Source of the DNA: an uncultured virus (IMG/VR IMGVR_UViG_3300031525_000002)
Lineage: Duplodnaviria; Heunggongvirae; Uroviricota; Caudoviricetes
IMG/VR virus record: IMGVR_UViG_3300031525_000002
Reading direction: 5' to 3' (one strand)
Length of the DNA stretch: 64,000 nucleotides
In this document: positions 1 through 9,674 of the stretch, piece by piece
Layout: every line of letters starts with the position of its first letter
How positions within the stretch are numbered: the stretch's first letter is position 1
Translations under genes and position numbers: made by a program
The notes under the pieces: model-generated
Told to the model about the DNA's origin: nothing
The model's database searches: none
Seen by the model: only the letters and a program-made list of their open reading frames with translations

Positions 1-264
1 GCTAACGTTGTTGGAGTTGGAGAACGTGAACGCGCTGGCGAGGTTCGAGGTCGTACCTGCGGAGATGTTGATGCTTGCTTGGGTGGAGGCGACAGTGGCC
101 GACGCCGTAATCGTCGACGCATTCAGGCCGAAGCTAACGTTGTTGGAGTTGGAGAACGTGAACGCGCTGGCGAGGTTCGAGGTCGTACCTGCGGAGATGT
201 TGATGCTTGCTTGGGTGGAGGCGACAGTGGCCGACGCCGTAATCGTCGACCCGTTCAGGCCGAA
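1..264. repeat. 132-bp (44-aa) tandem coding repeat
   Basis: gctaacgttgttggagttggagaacg at 1 and 133, with near-identical continuation. Confidence 0.9.
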
Positions 265-552
265 GCTAACGTTGTTGCTGTTCGAGAGCGTGAACGCCGT
301 CAAGTTGTTCGACGTCGTCCCGGCGCTCAGGTTGAGGAACTCCATGAGAGTCCCGTTGCTCATGGTCGGGAACCAAAGGGTCTGGTTGGCCGTCGGAGCA
401 CCCAGCACCGCGAGCGAGCCGGCGGTGTTGCTCATCCCGAATGTGAGCGTCGATGCCGCAGAGTTCCCAATCTCGAACTGCTCGCCGAGATGGTAGAGCG
501 TGTCCCCGCTGAGCTGAACGAGGTCTTGGAAGTTGCCGGTTGTATCGGCCAT
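1..552 (-). CDS. Fibre/adhesin-like repeat protein, runs off the left edge; paralog of 1987..3603
   Basis: ATG at 552 reads MADTTGNFQDLVQLSGDTLY, almost identical to the N-terminus of 1987..3603, followed by SAGTTSN..FTFSNSNNVSFGL repeats. Confidence 0.75.
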   Translation of the reverse strand, partial: MADTTGNFQDLVQLSGDTLYHLGEQFEIGNSAASTLTFGMSNTAGSLAVLGAPTANQTLWFPTMSNGTLMEFLNLSAGTTSNNLTAFTLSNSNNVSFGLNGSTITASATVASTQASINISAGTTSNLASAFTFSNSNNVSFGLNASTITASATVASTQASINISAGTTSNLASAFTFSNSNNVS

Positions 553-716
553 GAACAGAACTCCGTTAGATTGTTCCCGGCGGGTCCGTACTCGCCGCGC
601 ACATCGCTTCTACCATTCGTGAACCGCGTCCTCCACGGACAGCACAGCACACACACCATACCACGGATCGCATGACGACCGTTAGGTTCCGTTCTTCACG
701 CATCCTTGGATCGTCA

Positions 717-1979
717 TCAGGCGGCAGTGAGGTTGGACACCCCTCCTGTACCCGCCATGTAAAACCCGCCTGCGATCATTAGCCAAGGCGTAGAGCCACT
801 CATGTTCCCCACTGGATTCTGGGCTCCCGTCACATTCGTCTGGTACTCGATCAGCCACGTCAGTGAATTGGTGATCTGAATGAGCAAGTAGGTGGAGTCC
901 TCGCCCCCGGGGTTAGAAAGGGGAAGCGTCGGACTGCTGGCCACGGCGATGACGATCTCGTTCGGCTGACGAAGCGTGAACGAACCAGGTGTCGACGTGG
1001 TACCTGTTCCCGAATTGCCGGACCCCGTGTCGTACGCGTTGACGTCGCGGACCTCGATCGCATAGACGCCCGACGTACCAAACGTGCCCGTGTACGAGGC
1101 GTGCACTGCCGGGGCAGTCCCGCCCGCCACACCGAAGGCCACGAACATGGCACAGCCCGCCACGCTCGCCCCCGCGCAAGCGTGGTAGGTGTTGCCCTCC
1201 GCGTCCGTCACGCCGGTCCACGTCATACCGCTCACGCCCATGCAAGCCACAACGATGGCGTTCCCCGCCGTCACGTTGTTGGAAAACGTAGCCGTGATGG
1301 GCGAACCCGCAGACGTGGTCTCCGTGACCGCGACCTGCACCGGGACCGGCCACGGGTTCGGATTGTCCACGGAGGACAAGCCGACAGCCATGATGCCGTA
1401 GTCCGAGTTGATCGCTGCATTCCAATGTCCCGCGTAGGTACCCGCGGTCGGTGCCGCGAGGTCACCAGAGGCAGTCCACACGTCCGTGCTGAGGTTCGAT
1501 CGGAGCGTGTAACCACCACCGATCGAGGCGATGTTCTGATCGATGAATGCCGCGAACGAGAAGATGACGTCGTTCACCTCCGCCGTGGTGAAGTTCGCCG
1601 TTGCCAACGCCGTGCCCGTCGAGCCGCTCCCCACGGCGTACCCATCGATGGGGTGATGCTGGGCACAACCGCTGTACTCATGCACGATGAGCGCGACGTC
1701 GGCCTCAGACGCCAGGAGAGTGACGGTGACGGTCGTTGCTCCCGCGTTGCAGTTCGGGACATGGTAAACCGCACCGCCGGAGTTACCCCTCTGCTGGTTG
1801 AAGATGGCAGGGATCCAATTGTTTCCGTTGTTGTCCGCGACGGAGACGATCTGACCCTTCTGGTACATCCCGATGCCGAGGATGAGCAGATTGCCCGCCG
1901 CGTTCGGCGTAATAGAGATATTGAACGACGAGCCCGTCTGGGAAGCCGTCTGGACAACCTGCGTGAAGGTGATCGACAT
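717..1979 (-). CDS. Putative virion structural protein with a duplicated beta-rich domain
   Basis: Likely start MSITFTQVVQ; two similar Thr/Gly-rich halves (AGNL/AI..V.D..GN....A). Confidence 0.55.
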   Translation of the reverse strand: MSITFTQVVQTASQTGSSFNISITPNAAGNLLILGIGMYQKGQIVSVADNNGNNWIPAIFNQQRGNSGGAVYHVPNCNAGATTVTVTLLASEADVALIVHEYSGCAQHHPIDGYAVGSGSTGTALATANFTTAEVNDVIFSFAAFIDQNIASIGGGYTLRSNLSTDVWTASGDLAAPTAGTYAGHWNAAINSDYGIMAVGLSSVDNPNPWPVPVQVAVTETTSAGSPITATFSNNVTAGNAIVVACMGVSGMTWTGVTDAEGNTYHACAGASVAGCAMFVAFGVAGGTAPAVHASYTGTFGTSGVYAIEVRDVNAYDTGSGNSGTGTTSTPGSFTLRQPNEIVIAVASSPTLPLSNPGGEDSTYLLIQITNSLTWLIEYQTNVTGAQNPVGNMSGSTPWLMIAGGFYMAGTGGVSNLTAA

Positions 1980-1986
1980 AAACGAC

Positions 1987-3603
1987 TCAGGTGCCTTGAA
2001 GAGCGAACCACGGTTGCACGAGAGCACTCCCCGTCCGCACGTAGTTGTTCGTCGAAGCAACGGCGATTGACGCTGGAAGCGCGGCAACCGTAGAAGTAGA
2101 ATAGCCGGCTAATACGGCTTTGGTGAGGTTGCCAGCCGGGTCAGCGATCAACGGAAAGCCCAACCCCGTTGCCTGACCTGCGATCGGTATCAGAGCGTAG
2201 GTGACGCTCGCCGTGTTCGCGTTGCTCCACGCCATCCCAAGCACATAGGGACCAGGTGTCATCGTCCAAGCGATGGCGACCGACCGGTATTGAACACCCG
2301 TGAATTGGCTCGACGATGCACTGGACCAGGAGAAGGCTCCAGACGACGACGTCGCAAGACTGAGCGCCGTACCGGCATTCACGGTGTACGCCCCCACGGA
2401 CATGGTCATCGACCCACTCGTGCCCGCGCTCGCCGAGACCTCCGCAAGGTACACGAACTCATTCGCGGTCATGCAGTAGTCGAGTATGAACGGCTGCAAG
2501 TAGAGTGTTCCGCTCGCCAAAAGCTGACCGCTACCCGTACCGGGAAAGCCTTGGACGAAGCTGGAGAATCCCCCGTACTGGGCCGTGATGGTTCCTACGC
2601 CCGCTCCGGTGCTGAGACCAAAAGTATATCCATTGGAGTTGGCAAACGTGAGACCGCTCAGAGCGTTGCTGGTACCACCTCCAGCGCTCACATTGAGGGC
2701 ATAGGACCCTGTCATCGTGCCGACGCCAGCACCCGTGCTGAGACCGAAGCTCACGTTGTTGGAGTTCGAGAACGTGATTGCGCTGAGGGCGTTGCTGGTA
2801 CCACCTCCAGCGCTCACATTGAGAGCGTAGGAGCCCGTCACCGTCGAGGCATTGAGTCCGAACGAAACGTTGTGAGAGTTGGAGAAAGTAAAGGCCGACG
2901 CCAGGTTGGAGGTTGTCCCGGCGCTGAGGTTGAAGCTTCCCTGCGTACTCGCGACCGTCACTGTCGCGGTCATCGTGCCGACGCCAGCACCCGTGCTGAG
3001 ACCGAAGCTCACGTTGTTCGAGTTGGAGAACGTGATCGCGCTGAGGGCGTTACTGGTCCCACCGCCAGCACTCACGTTGAGGGCGTAGGAAGCCGTGATG
3101 ACGGAACCGGCGATCCCGAACGAGACGTTGTTCGAGTTCGACAGCGTCGCCACGCTCACGGACGCGGTAAGCGTCGACGCGTTCAAGCCGAAGGAGACGT
3201 TGTTCGAGTTGGACCACGTCCATGCCGTGAGAGCGTTAGAGGTGGTCCCAGCGGAGATGTTGACGCTTCCGCCTCCGCCCGCCGCGACCGACGCCGTGAT
3301 CGTCGACCCGTTCAGACCGAACGAAACGCCGTTACTGTTGGAGAACGTGATCGCCGTCAGGTTGTTGCTGGTCGTACCCGCCGACACGTTCATGTTCGTC
3401 ATGAGCGTGCCCGTCCCCGAGAGCCAAAGCGTCTGGTTCGCCGTGGGAGCCCCCAGCACCGCGAGGATCCCCGCAGTGTTACTCAGCCCGAAGGTGAGCG
3501 TGCTCGCGAGGGAGTTGCCGATACCGAACTCTTCGCCGAGGAGATAGAGCGTGTCTCCACTGAGTTGGACGAGATCGTTGAAGTTTCCAGTGGTGTCGGT
3601 CAT
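1987..3603 (-). CDS. Fibre/adhesin-like repeat protein
   Basis: Multiple N[VL]SAG..TSN.L.A.TFSNSN.VSFGL repeats followed by a beta-rich C-terminal head. Confidence 0.65.
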   Translation of the reverse strand: MTDTTGNFNDLVQLSGDTLYLLGEEFGIGNSLASTLTFGLSNTAGILAVLGAPTANQTLWLSGTGTLMTNMNVSAGTTSNNLTAITFSNSNGVSFGLNGSTITASVAAGGGGSVNISAGTTSNALTAWTWSNSNNVSFGLNASTLTASVSVATLSNSNNVSFGIAGSVITASYALNVSAGGGTSNALSAITFSNSNNVSFGLSTGAGVGTMTATVTVASTQGSFNLSAGTTSNLASAFTFSNSHNVSFGLNASTVTGSYALNVSAGGGTSNALSAITFSNSNNVSFGLSTGAGVGTMTGSYALNVSAGGGTSNALSGLTFANSNGYTFGLSTGAGVGTITAQYGGFSSFVQGFPGTGSGQLLASGTLYLQPFILDYCMTANEFVYLAEVSASAGTSGSMTMSVGAYTVNAGTALSLATSSSGAFSWSSASSSQFTGVQYRSVAIAWTMTPGPYVLGMAWSNANTASVTYALIPIAGQATGLGFPLIADPAGNLTKAVLAGYSTSTVAALPASIAVASTNNYVRTGSALVQPWFALQGT

Positions 3604-5040
3604 CTAGGTCCCCAGAAGGATGATACCGGGCTGTAGAAGGGCGGAGAAGCCCGTTCGTGCGTAGCCCGTGTCCGTGACCGCGACGCTCGCGGGGAAGGTG
3701 TTGACGCTCGAGATGGAACTCCCGTTCAAGAATGCAGCAACCTCGACCCCGTCGAACGCCCCGACAATGTTTGCAGCCATTCGCCCGAACGGCCGCACGA
3801 CCACACCGTTGGCGGTCGAGACGGCCCACGCGAAGAGGTAGTCGCCGGGGGTCATCGAGTAGCTCACGCCCACGGACCTGTACCGCGTCCCGCTCACGTT
3901 GCTGTAGGCGGCTCCCGCCCACGAGATCGTACGAGACCCAAAACTAGCCAGACTCGCCGTGCCGGCCGAGAGCGTGTAGACAGCGTGATTCACGGTCACG
4001 GCATCGGACGACGCGACGTTCCCTCGGAAGTCGGCGAGCATCACGAACTGCGTGGCCCGAAGATTCATGGGAAGCGAGACCTTCTGAAAAGAAAGCATCG
4101 CTTGAGATGCGGTGAAGTTCGTGACGAAGTCAGCGTCCTGGGAGAACACTGAGATCGTCTGCCCACCGAACGAGGCCGTCAGGGTCGACGCGTTCAACCC
4201 GAATGAGACCGCGTTGGCGTTCCCAAACGTGAGAGCTGCAAGGTTATTCGATGTCGTTCCCGCCGATACGTTGAACGCGTAGGAAGCCGTCAATGTCGAG
4301 GCGTTCAGTCCAAAAGAGATTCGGTTCGAGTCGGCAAACGTGAAGGCACTCGCGAGGTTCGACGTCGTGCCCGCACTGAGGTTGATGGCCGTGAGACTCG
4401 AGGCGACGGACGCCGTGACCTGCGACGAGCCGCTCATCCCGAAGGTGATGCCGTTCGAGTTCACGAAGGCAACGGTCCCGCTCGTCGCGGTCTGGGTGCC
4501 CGCCTCGATGGCCGCGATGCCTGCCGCCGCTCCGGGGGTCACCGTCGCGGTGATGGTGTTCCCCACCATCCCGAAGGTGACGCCGTTCAGGTTCGAGAAG
4601 ACGATGGTGCCCGACGACCCGAGCGTGGCTCCTGCCGAGATGGCGGTGGGTACTCCTGGATCGACGAGCGCGCGACCGAAGGGGTTGAGGACGACGAATC
4701 CGTCGGCATCGGTGCTGTACTGGATCGAGTAGCCGGGAAGCAGGATGATCGAGAACAGTGGGATGGGCGTGACGCCATCGGTCTGCTGAATCGAGATCGC
4801 ACACGGAGAGCCGCTCGTGTTCGTGACGGTCAGAAACTTGATGTTGCGGTCGAAGCCCGCCGGTGGTGACGCGACCGCCACCGTGGTCATCGCAGTCGTG
4901 ATGATCGTGTCCGTCGCCCCCGGCACGACCACCTGGGTCAGGATGCCGATGTCGTTGAACGACGCGTGGACCGCGATCTCGTTGACGCCGCTGCCCGTGA
5001 CGACGAGGAGCTCGGAGGTCGCGGTGGGGAGATTCAGCAT
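3604..5040 (-). CDS. Fibre-like protein with the same repeats; N-terminal domain shared with 5042..5434
   Basis: MLNLPT...HASF.D...RN[IV]KFL domain, SAGTTSN repeats, and a C-terminal head similar to 1987..3603. Confidence 0.65.
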   Translation of the reverse strand: MLNLPTATSELLVVTGSGVNEIAVHASFNDIGILTQVVVPGATDTIITTAMTTVAVASPPAGFDRNIKFLTVTNTSGSPCAISIQQTDGVTPIPLFSIILLPGYSIQYSTDADGFVVLNPFGRALVDPGVPTAISAGATLGSSGTIVFSNLNGVTFGMVGNTITATVTPGAAAGIAAIEAGTQTATSGTVAFVNSNGITFGMSGSSQVTASVASSLTAINLSAGTTSNLASAFTFADSNRISFGLNASTLTASYAFNVSAGTTSNNLAALTFGNANAVSFGLNASTLTASFGGQTISVFSQDADFVTNFTASQAMLSFQKVSLPMNLRATQFVMLADFRGNVASSDAVTVNHAVYTLSAGTASLASFGSRTISWAGAAYSNVSGTRYRSVGVSYSMTPGDYLFAWAVSTANGVVVRPFGRMAANIVGAFDGVEVAAFLNGSSISSVNTFPASVAVTDTGYARTGFSALLQPGIILLGT

Positions 5041-5041
5041 C

Positions 5042-5434
5042 CTAGTTCACCGCTTGCAACCGGCGACCGCTCGTGTCGTAGAGCACGAAGCTGTTGCCAT
5101 CGGTGTCATACTGCAGCGTGTACCCGGAGAGGAGCGTGAGGGGAGGCAGCAGTGGAATGAGCGACACACCGTCGGTGTGCAGCACCGTCACCAAGCAGGA
5201 AACATTGCTCGTGTTCTGAAGTGACAGGAACTTCACGTTTCGGTCGACCGTGGGAGCGGGTGACGGAACCACGACCGTCGATGTCGCCGTCGTGATGAGC
5301 GTGTTCAGTGCACCCGGTACGGTGTTGTTGGACCCAGCGGTTACGTCGATGAAAGAGGCGTGAACCGCGATGGATGAGACACCACTGCCTGTCACCACCA
5401 TGATCTCCGACGACGTGGTGGGCAGGTTGAGCAC
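5042..5434 (-). CDS. Stand-alone copy of the fibre N-terminal domain
   Basis: Collinear similarity to residues 1-130 of 3604..5040. Confidence 0.7.
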   Translation of the reverse strand: MLNLPTTSSEIMVVTGSGVSSIAVHASFIDVTAGSNNTVPGALNTLITTATSTVVVPSPAPTVDRNVKFLSLQNTSNVSCLVTVLHTDGVSLIPLLPPLTLLSGYTLQYDTDGNSFVLYDTSGRRLQAVN

Positions 5435-5658
5435 GGCGGCCTAGACTACCAGTAGTAGGCTAGGCGCGTCTTCCGCCAACGACCAACGGAGCCCCTCGCG
5501 GCTCACATCGGAGACATCGGAAGGTCACCCGTCCCAAGGAGTCGACGCTCACCCAAACCTGTGATCGTGGTAGCGCCCACGGTCGTCCGTCGGCGTCCCA
5601 CTGGCCCAGTACCTCGAAGGTCGCGCCGCACACGACACACGCGAGGCGTCTCTCGAGA

Positions 5659-6513
5659 CTAGGAACCCGCGTTGACATCGAGAGGCAGTTCCGACCATCC
5701 GCGTTCGGTGAGGAGGAGCGGATAGGCCCCGCAGCCGCCATGACGGTTCTTGCTCACGACGAGCCAGCGCCGTAGCGACGCGAGCGGATCCTTCTTCGAA
5801 TCGTCGCCAGCGACCAGCGTGGTCTTCTCGAGGCCGATCACGACCTCACCTTGGTACTCGATGCCCCAGTCGCCGCGCATCGTCCCGCCGCCCTTCGCGC
5901 GCTCGCCGACGAGCAGAAGTGAGGTGTGCGTCTCATCCACGAATCGCATGAGGCGCTTTGCGTGGATGAGGGCGTCCGCGCGCGGCTCGAGCGAATGCAG
6001 GGAGTCGACCATGGCCAGGTCGGGACGCCTCGCCTCGAGCATGGCGAGGATGTCCGTCACGCTCTGGCTGAAGTAGATGTCGAGATCCTTGCCGAGCCCA
6101 GTCCGCTTGACCATGAGGCTGAACATCGTGTGGTTGCTCTCGCTAGGGCAGTAGATGGCCGAGCGACCGCTACGTTGGAACGCCTCTCCCACAAGGATGG
6201 CGAGCGTGCTCTTGCCCGCGCCTGGGTCACCCGCGCACGTCACGGAGCTTCCGACGACGAAGCCCCCACGCCCGTCGGCGTTCAGGCCCATGGCCCGGTC
6301 GAGCGTCTCGAGCCCCAGAGAGACTCGGACGGGTTCCTTCACGTTGGGGTCGGCCTTCGTGAGGCCGGTTGGTTCCACTGGGCGGACGATGGAGAGGACC
6401 GGCACCGGCTTGCGTACGCGACAGACCACCCCCTTGCCGCACGAGGAGCACTTGAGCGCGTACGCTTCGGCGATGGCTCCGCAGACCGAGCAGGCGAATG
6501 CAGGCAGACTCAC
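5659..6513 (-). CDS. RadA/Sms-like RecA-fold ATPase lacking the C-terminal Lon-like domain
   Basis: N-terminal C4 zinc finger (CSVC..CSSC), Walker A GDPGAGKST, Walker B LAMVDS, KNRHG (RadA has KNRFG). Confidence 0.8.
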   Translation of the reverse strand: MSLPAFACSVCGAIAEAYALKCSSCGKGVVCRVRKPVPVLSIVRPVEPTGLTKADPNVKEPVRVSLGLETLDRAMGLNADGRGGFVVGSSVTCAGDPGAGKSTLAILVGEAFQRSGRSAIYCPSESNHTMFSLMVKRTGLGKDLDIYFSQSVTDILAMLEARRPDLAMVDSLHSLEPRADALIHAKRLMRFVDETHTSLLLVGERAKGGGTMRGDWGIEYQGEVVIGLEKTTLVAGDDSKKDPLASLRRWLVVSKNRHGGCGAYPLLLTERGWSELPLDVNAGS

Positions 6514-7679
6514 ATGCCACCGAGTTGCTTCATGGCGATACCGCCCTGCGCCAAGAGTGTGTGCTCACGCGTCTTCCACAGCGCAGCGAACATCTGTTGT
6601 TGCTTGGACTGTCGCATGACAGGCTGCATGACAGGCTGCCCATCTGCGTTGACGAGAGGGGCGCCTTCGGCGTCCGTCCCCTGCACGAGTTCCGTCGGGT
6701 CGGCGGTGGCGGGGTCGAGTAGTTCGTAGATGCCCGCCGCGAGCCGCTGGTCGATTTGCGCGAAAATCTTGGCGGCCGCTGCGGGCACGAGAGGGGCGGC
6801 GATGGCGCCTTGGTAAATCTGCATGATGCCCATGCGGAGGTGGTTCGGGAGCAGGGCGCCGATCCTCTCGAACTGCCCGTCGTGCATCGACTTGAGGAAC
6901 TCCTCCATGAGCTTGTACTCGGCGACCACGTCGAGGCTGCCGTTGCCCTGTCCGTTGGCCTTCATCCACCCTGAGGCGAGCGCAGGCAAGAGCACGTCGA
7001 GGTTGCTGATGACGGCGGTGAGAGCCTGCTCGTTCCTGGCCTCGGCTGCCATGACCCGCCTCCGGTTGTCCCCTTGCACGAGCGCCTCAGAGTGGCTCTG
7101 GGCGTTCGCGACGGCCTGCTGGCTGGTGTTGAAGAGGAGCTGGGCCATACCGGTTGAGTGGGCGCGCTCCAACTCCAAGTCCCGTCGCGCGCGGTTGACC
7201 TCGTCCTCGTGACGCTGAGCCACCATCTTCGAGAACTCCAGCATGGTGCGGCTCATGTCGACTTGGGCGGCGGTCTGCTGAATCGCCAGCGACCGTTGGT
7301 TCGCGAGCAAGCTTGACCGTTCGCTCGCCTCGGTCGGCGAGCAGTCCTCGAACACCAACGGGAAGCGTTCGATGGGAGCGGGAGCGCCGTCGCCTTCGCC
7401 TCGGCAGATCCACACGAAGTACGGACCCTCCGTTCGCATGGCGCGCGCGTCGGCATGAGCCGCCTCCACCAAGACGGAGGCGAGTTGCGGAATTCCGCCA
7501 TCTCCCACCTCTTGGGCAAAAACCTGTTCAATCTGGGTCGCGCGGCTCAGTGACGGACCAACGCTGAGGGTCACCGAAGTCCACTCGCGACGCCCCAGTT
7601 TTCGTTCGAGAAATTCCGATAGAGCTTGCGCTGACGCTGGCATGGACAACCCTTCTAACACGTCTCTTGCGGCGCTCAA
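6510..7679 (-). CDS. Hypothetical protein with central coiled coil
   Basis: 389-aa ORF overlapping the ATPase start by 4 bp. Confidence 0.65.
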   Translation of the reverse strand: MSAARDVLEGLSMPASAQALSEFLERKLGRREWTSVTLSVGPSLSRATQIEQVFAQEVGDGGIPQLASVLVEAAHADARAMRTEGPYFVWICRGEGDGAPAPIERFPLVFEDCSPTEASERSSLLANQRSLAIQQTAAQVDMSRTMLEFSKMVAQRHEDEVNRARRDLELERAHSTGMAQLLFNTSQQAVANAQSHSEALVQGDNRRRVMAAEARNEQALTAVISNLDVLLPALASGWMKANGQGNGSLDVVAEYKLMEEFLKSMHDGQFERIGALLPNHLRMGIMQIYQGAIAAPLVPAAAAKIFAQIDQRLAAGIYELLDPATADPTELVQGTDAEGAPLVNADGQPVMQPVMRQSKQQQMFAALWKTREHTLLAQGGIAMKQLGGM

Positions 7680-7755
7680 CAGGCACGTTGCCGACCAAAA
7701 CGGAAACGTGTGGTACCGTGGACAGTTACGTGGTCAGTAGAGTGCAGACCATAGG

Positions 7756-8115
7756 TTGAAGCGGAGGTGCATCGTGGCGCGCGTGATCGATGTGATGATT
7801 TGCCTCGGGCCGGAGGATTTGAAGGAGCTCGACGCGTGCGCGCGCAAGCGCGGCTGCTCGAGATCGGCAGAAATCCGCTTCCTTCTGCACGAGCGCCACC
7901 ACGGAGAGGATCCGCGCGTCACGGCGGCTCGCTACTACGCAGAGGCGAAGGAGCACGAGCGGATTGGACGCGAAGCGCGAGCCAAGGCAAGCATCGAGAG
8001 ATCCCATTGCATGCAGGTTACGGCCAGCCTGAAGACCAACGAGCGTCTCACGCTTGCAGCGATGTCACCCGCGAAGCCTTCCGTAGTTCATCCAACGTCA
8101 GAGACCACAGGCTGA
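7756..8115 (+). CDS. Putative ribbon-helix-helix regulator
   Basis: VMICLGPEDLKELDACARKRGCSRSAEIRFLL fits the CopG/RHH pattern; start uncertain. Confidence 0.55.
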   Translation: MKRRCIVARVIDVMICLGPEDLKELDACARKRGCSRSAEIRFLLHERHHGEDPRVTAARYYAEAKEHERIGREARAKASIERSHCMQVTASLKTNERLTLAAMSPAKPSVVHPTSETTG

Positions 8116-8399
8116 CCCTCGACGCCCGCCTTGTAGTCACGGTAGACGTCGCGCACGTACCACGGTGGCTGCCCGGTCTGGATGACGATGTCCTCGAAGG
8201 CGACACCGCTCTTGAAGAGCGAGTACATCTCGACGTAATCGACGCCGATCACCAGGTCCTCGACGACCCTGGAGCAGGAAACGCGTCGCTGCCGTGACAG
8301 AGCCGTGATGCGAGCGGCGGCTACAATCGACAACGAAAAGCTCCGAGTGACGCGTACACGCACGCGACGAGAAGTCTTCCGCTCACGCTCTTTTTGCAT
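8088..8399 (-). CDS. Small putative DNA-binding protein
   Basis: Basic N-terminus and RHH/HTH-like segments; divergent from the main operon. Confidence 0.4.
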   Translation of the reverse strand: MQKERERKTSRRVRVRVTRSFSLSIVAAARITALSRQRRVSCSRVVEDLVIGVDYVEMYSLFKSGVAFEDIVIQTGQPPWYVRDVYRDYKAGVEGQPVVSDVG

Positions 8400-8487
8400 A
8401 TTGTGTATCCTGCACGTAGTCCAATAACTTTCCTAATAGTGCCACACTACTCGCGTGGACGTAGCACTTTTCTCTGGTCACTGGACC
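8400..8487. promoter_or_regulatory. AT-rich divergent intergenic region, likely promoters
   Basis: AT-rich patch between 8399(-) and the long plus-strand operon. Confidence 0.35.
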
Positions 8488-9045
8488 ATGGAAAAGCGCA
8501 TGATTCTGCTCATGGATGGATACAGCCACGCAGATTTCCAACGACTCGCACACGAGAACGCCAAGCTCAAGAGCCGAGAGGCCAAGGAGAAGAGCCAAGC
8601 CGTCGAGTACACCGAGAAAGCCATCGTCGGCGTCTCGGCTGTTGCTCTCGGCTTCGGCATCGGCGTCATCAACGCGCAGAACGGCGCCACCGCGGAGGCC
8701 CCCTTCCAGCTCGGAGGGACGGTTCCCATCGATACGGTCGCTGCCGGACTCGGCGCCATCGCCATTCTCGCCACCCCGACGCACGGTCCCAGCGAAAAGC
8801 TGATGCCGCTGTCGCTCGGCGCTGGCGCGGCTGCCCTCGGCATCTGGGGACAGCGAACCGGCTACGCGTGGCAGCAGTCGCGCGCAGGTACGGCGGCGGC
8901 TGTCGCTCCGGCGACCACCACCGCCTCAGGCACCGTCGGCTGGGGCGGCGGCGGCATGAGCCCCCGCTTCCAAGCGCAGGGTCAGCCTGGCGGCCACTAC
9001 GGCGGTTTCAAGAACGCCTACGTGGACCAGTACGCCGGCGGCTGA
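8488..9045 (+). CDS. Membrane protein with about 3 hydrophobic segments
   Basis: Hydrophobic helices; C-terminal ASGTVG motif followed by a Gly/aromatic tail. Confidence 0.65.
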   Translation: MEKRMILLMDGYSHADFQRLAHENAKLKSREAKEKSQAVEYTEKAIVGVSAVALGFGIGVINAQNGATAEAPFQLGGTVPIDTVAAGLGAIAILATPTHGPSEKLMPLSLGAGAAALGIWGQRTGYAWQQSRAGTAAAVAPATTTASGTVGWGGGGMSPRFQAQGQPGGHYGGFKNAYVDQYAGG

Positions 9046-9097
9046 GCCGGACACTCCACTCCTCCGTCAACCAACGTCACGAGAAAGCAAAACGAAG

Positions 9098-9664
9098 ATG
9101 AGCTACGGATATGGACCCCGCGGTCACGTCGGTTTCTCCCCCTACATGCCCCCTCGGGGCCGTGGACGGGTCGGCGTTCCGCTGATTCCGGGCAACGTCG
9201 CGCAGGCGATGCAGGTTCTCGGGTCGTTCGCGACGGCGCAGGGCGGCAACCCCGCCGTGCTCTCGCCGAGCGGCGCGAGCCTCCGCGGTACGCGCGAGGG
9301 CATCGGCTTCCCCAACTTCACCCTCGCGGGTGTGGTCGGTACGACGCAGACGCAGGGAACGACGAGCCAGGGCATCTTCCGCCCCAGCAAGATGATCCTC
9401 GCGAACAGCCAGGATGCCGGTGGCATCTCGGTCTCCGTCACGCAGATCCTCGTCGGGTCCGAGACGGCCATGGTGAACCAGAACCCGCTCATCGGGTGCG
9501 TGTTCCTCGCCACGGCGGTCGAGTGCGGGATCACCTTCCCCACGGCGAACCCCGGCATCACGATCAACGTGACGCTGCAGAACAACACGGCGTCGACGAC
9601 GTCCGCGTACATCACGATGCTCGGGGAGTACGTCAGGGGCGGCGGCGCGGACATCGGCGGCTGA
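9098..9664 (+). CDS. Candidate single jelly-roll capsid protein
   Basis: All-beta pattern FRPSKMIL..V.QILVG..PGITINVTLQN..ITMLG after a Gly/Arg-rich arm; fold inferred, not verified. Confidence 0.45.
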   Translation: MSYGYGPRGHVGFSPYMPPRGRGRVGVPLIPGNVAQAMQVLGSFATAQGGNPAVLSPSGASLRGTREGIGFPNFTLAGVVGTTQTQGTTSQGIFRPSKMILANSQDAGGISVSVTQILVGSETAMVNQNPLIGCVFLATAVECGITFPTANPGITINVTLQNNTASTTSAYITMLGEYVRGGGADIGG

Positions 9665-9674
9665 TAGCCGTTCG

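Noticed and set aside
2903..2912. GGTTGGAGG match to the CRISPR repeat end
   Set aside because: Short match inside a coding repeat, 53 kb from the locus
1..3400. Left-arm repeats as CRISPR or DGR template/variable repeats
   Set aside because: In-frame coding repeats with no unique spacers, and no reverse transcriptase seen
8437..8444. Self-targeting by spacer seeds (TAGTGCCA at 8437, TAGTGCCAG at 52383, ATAGGTT at 7751)
   Set aside because: Matches of 7-9 nt are expected by chance in 64 kb and the flanks share no PAM; revisit only with ChIP data
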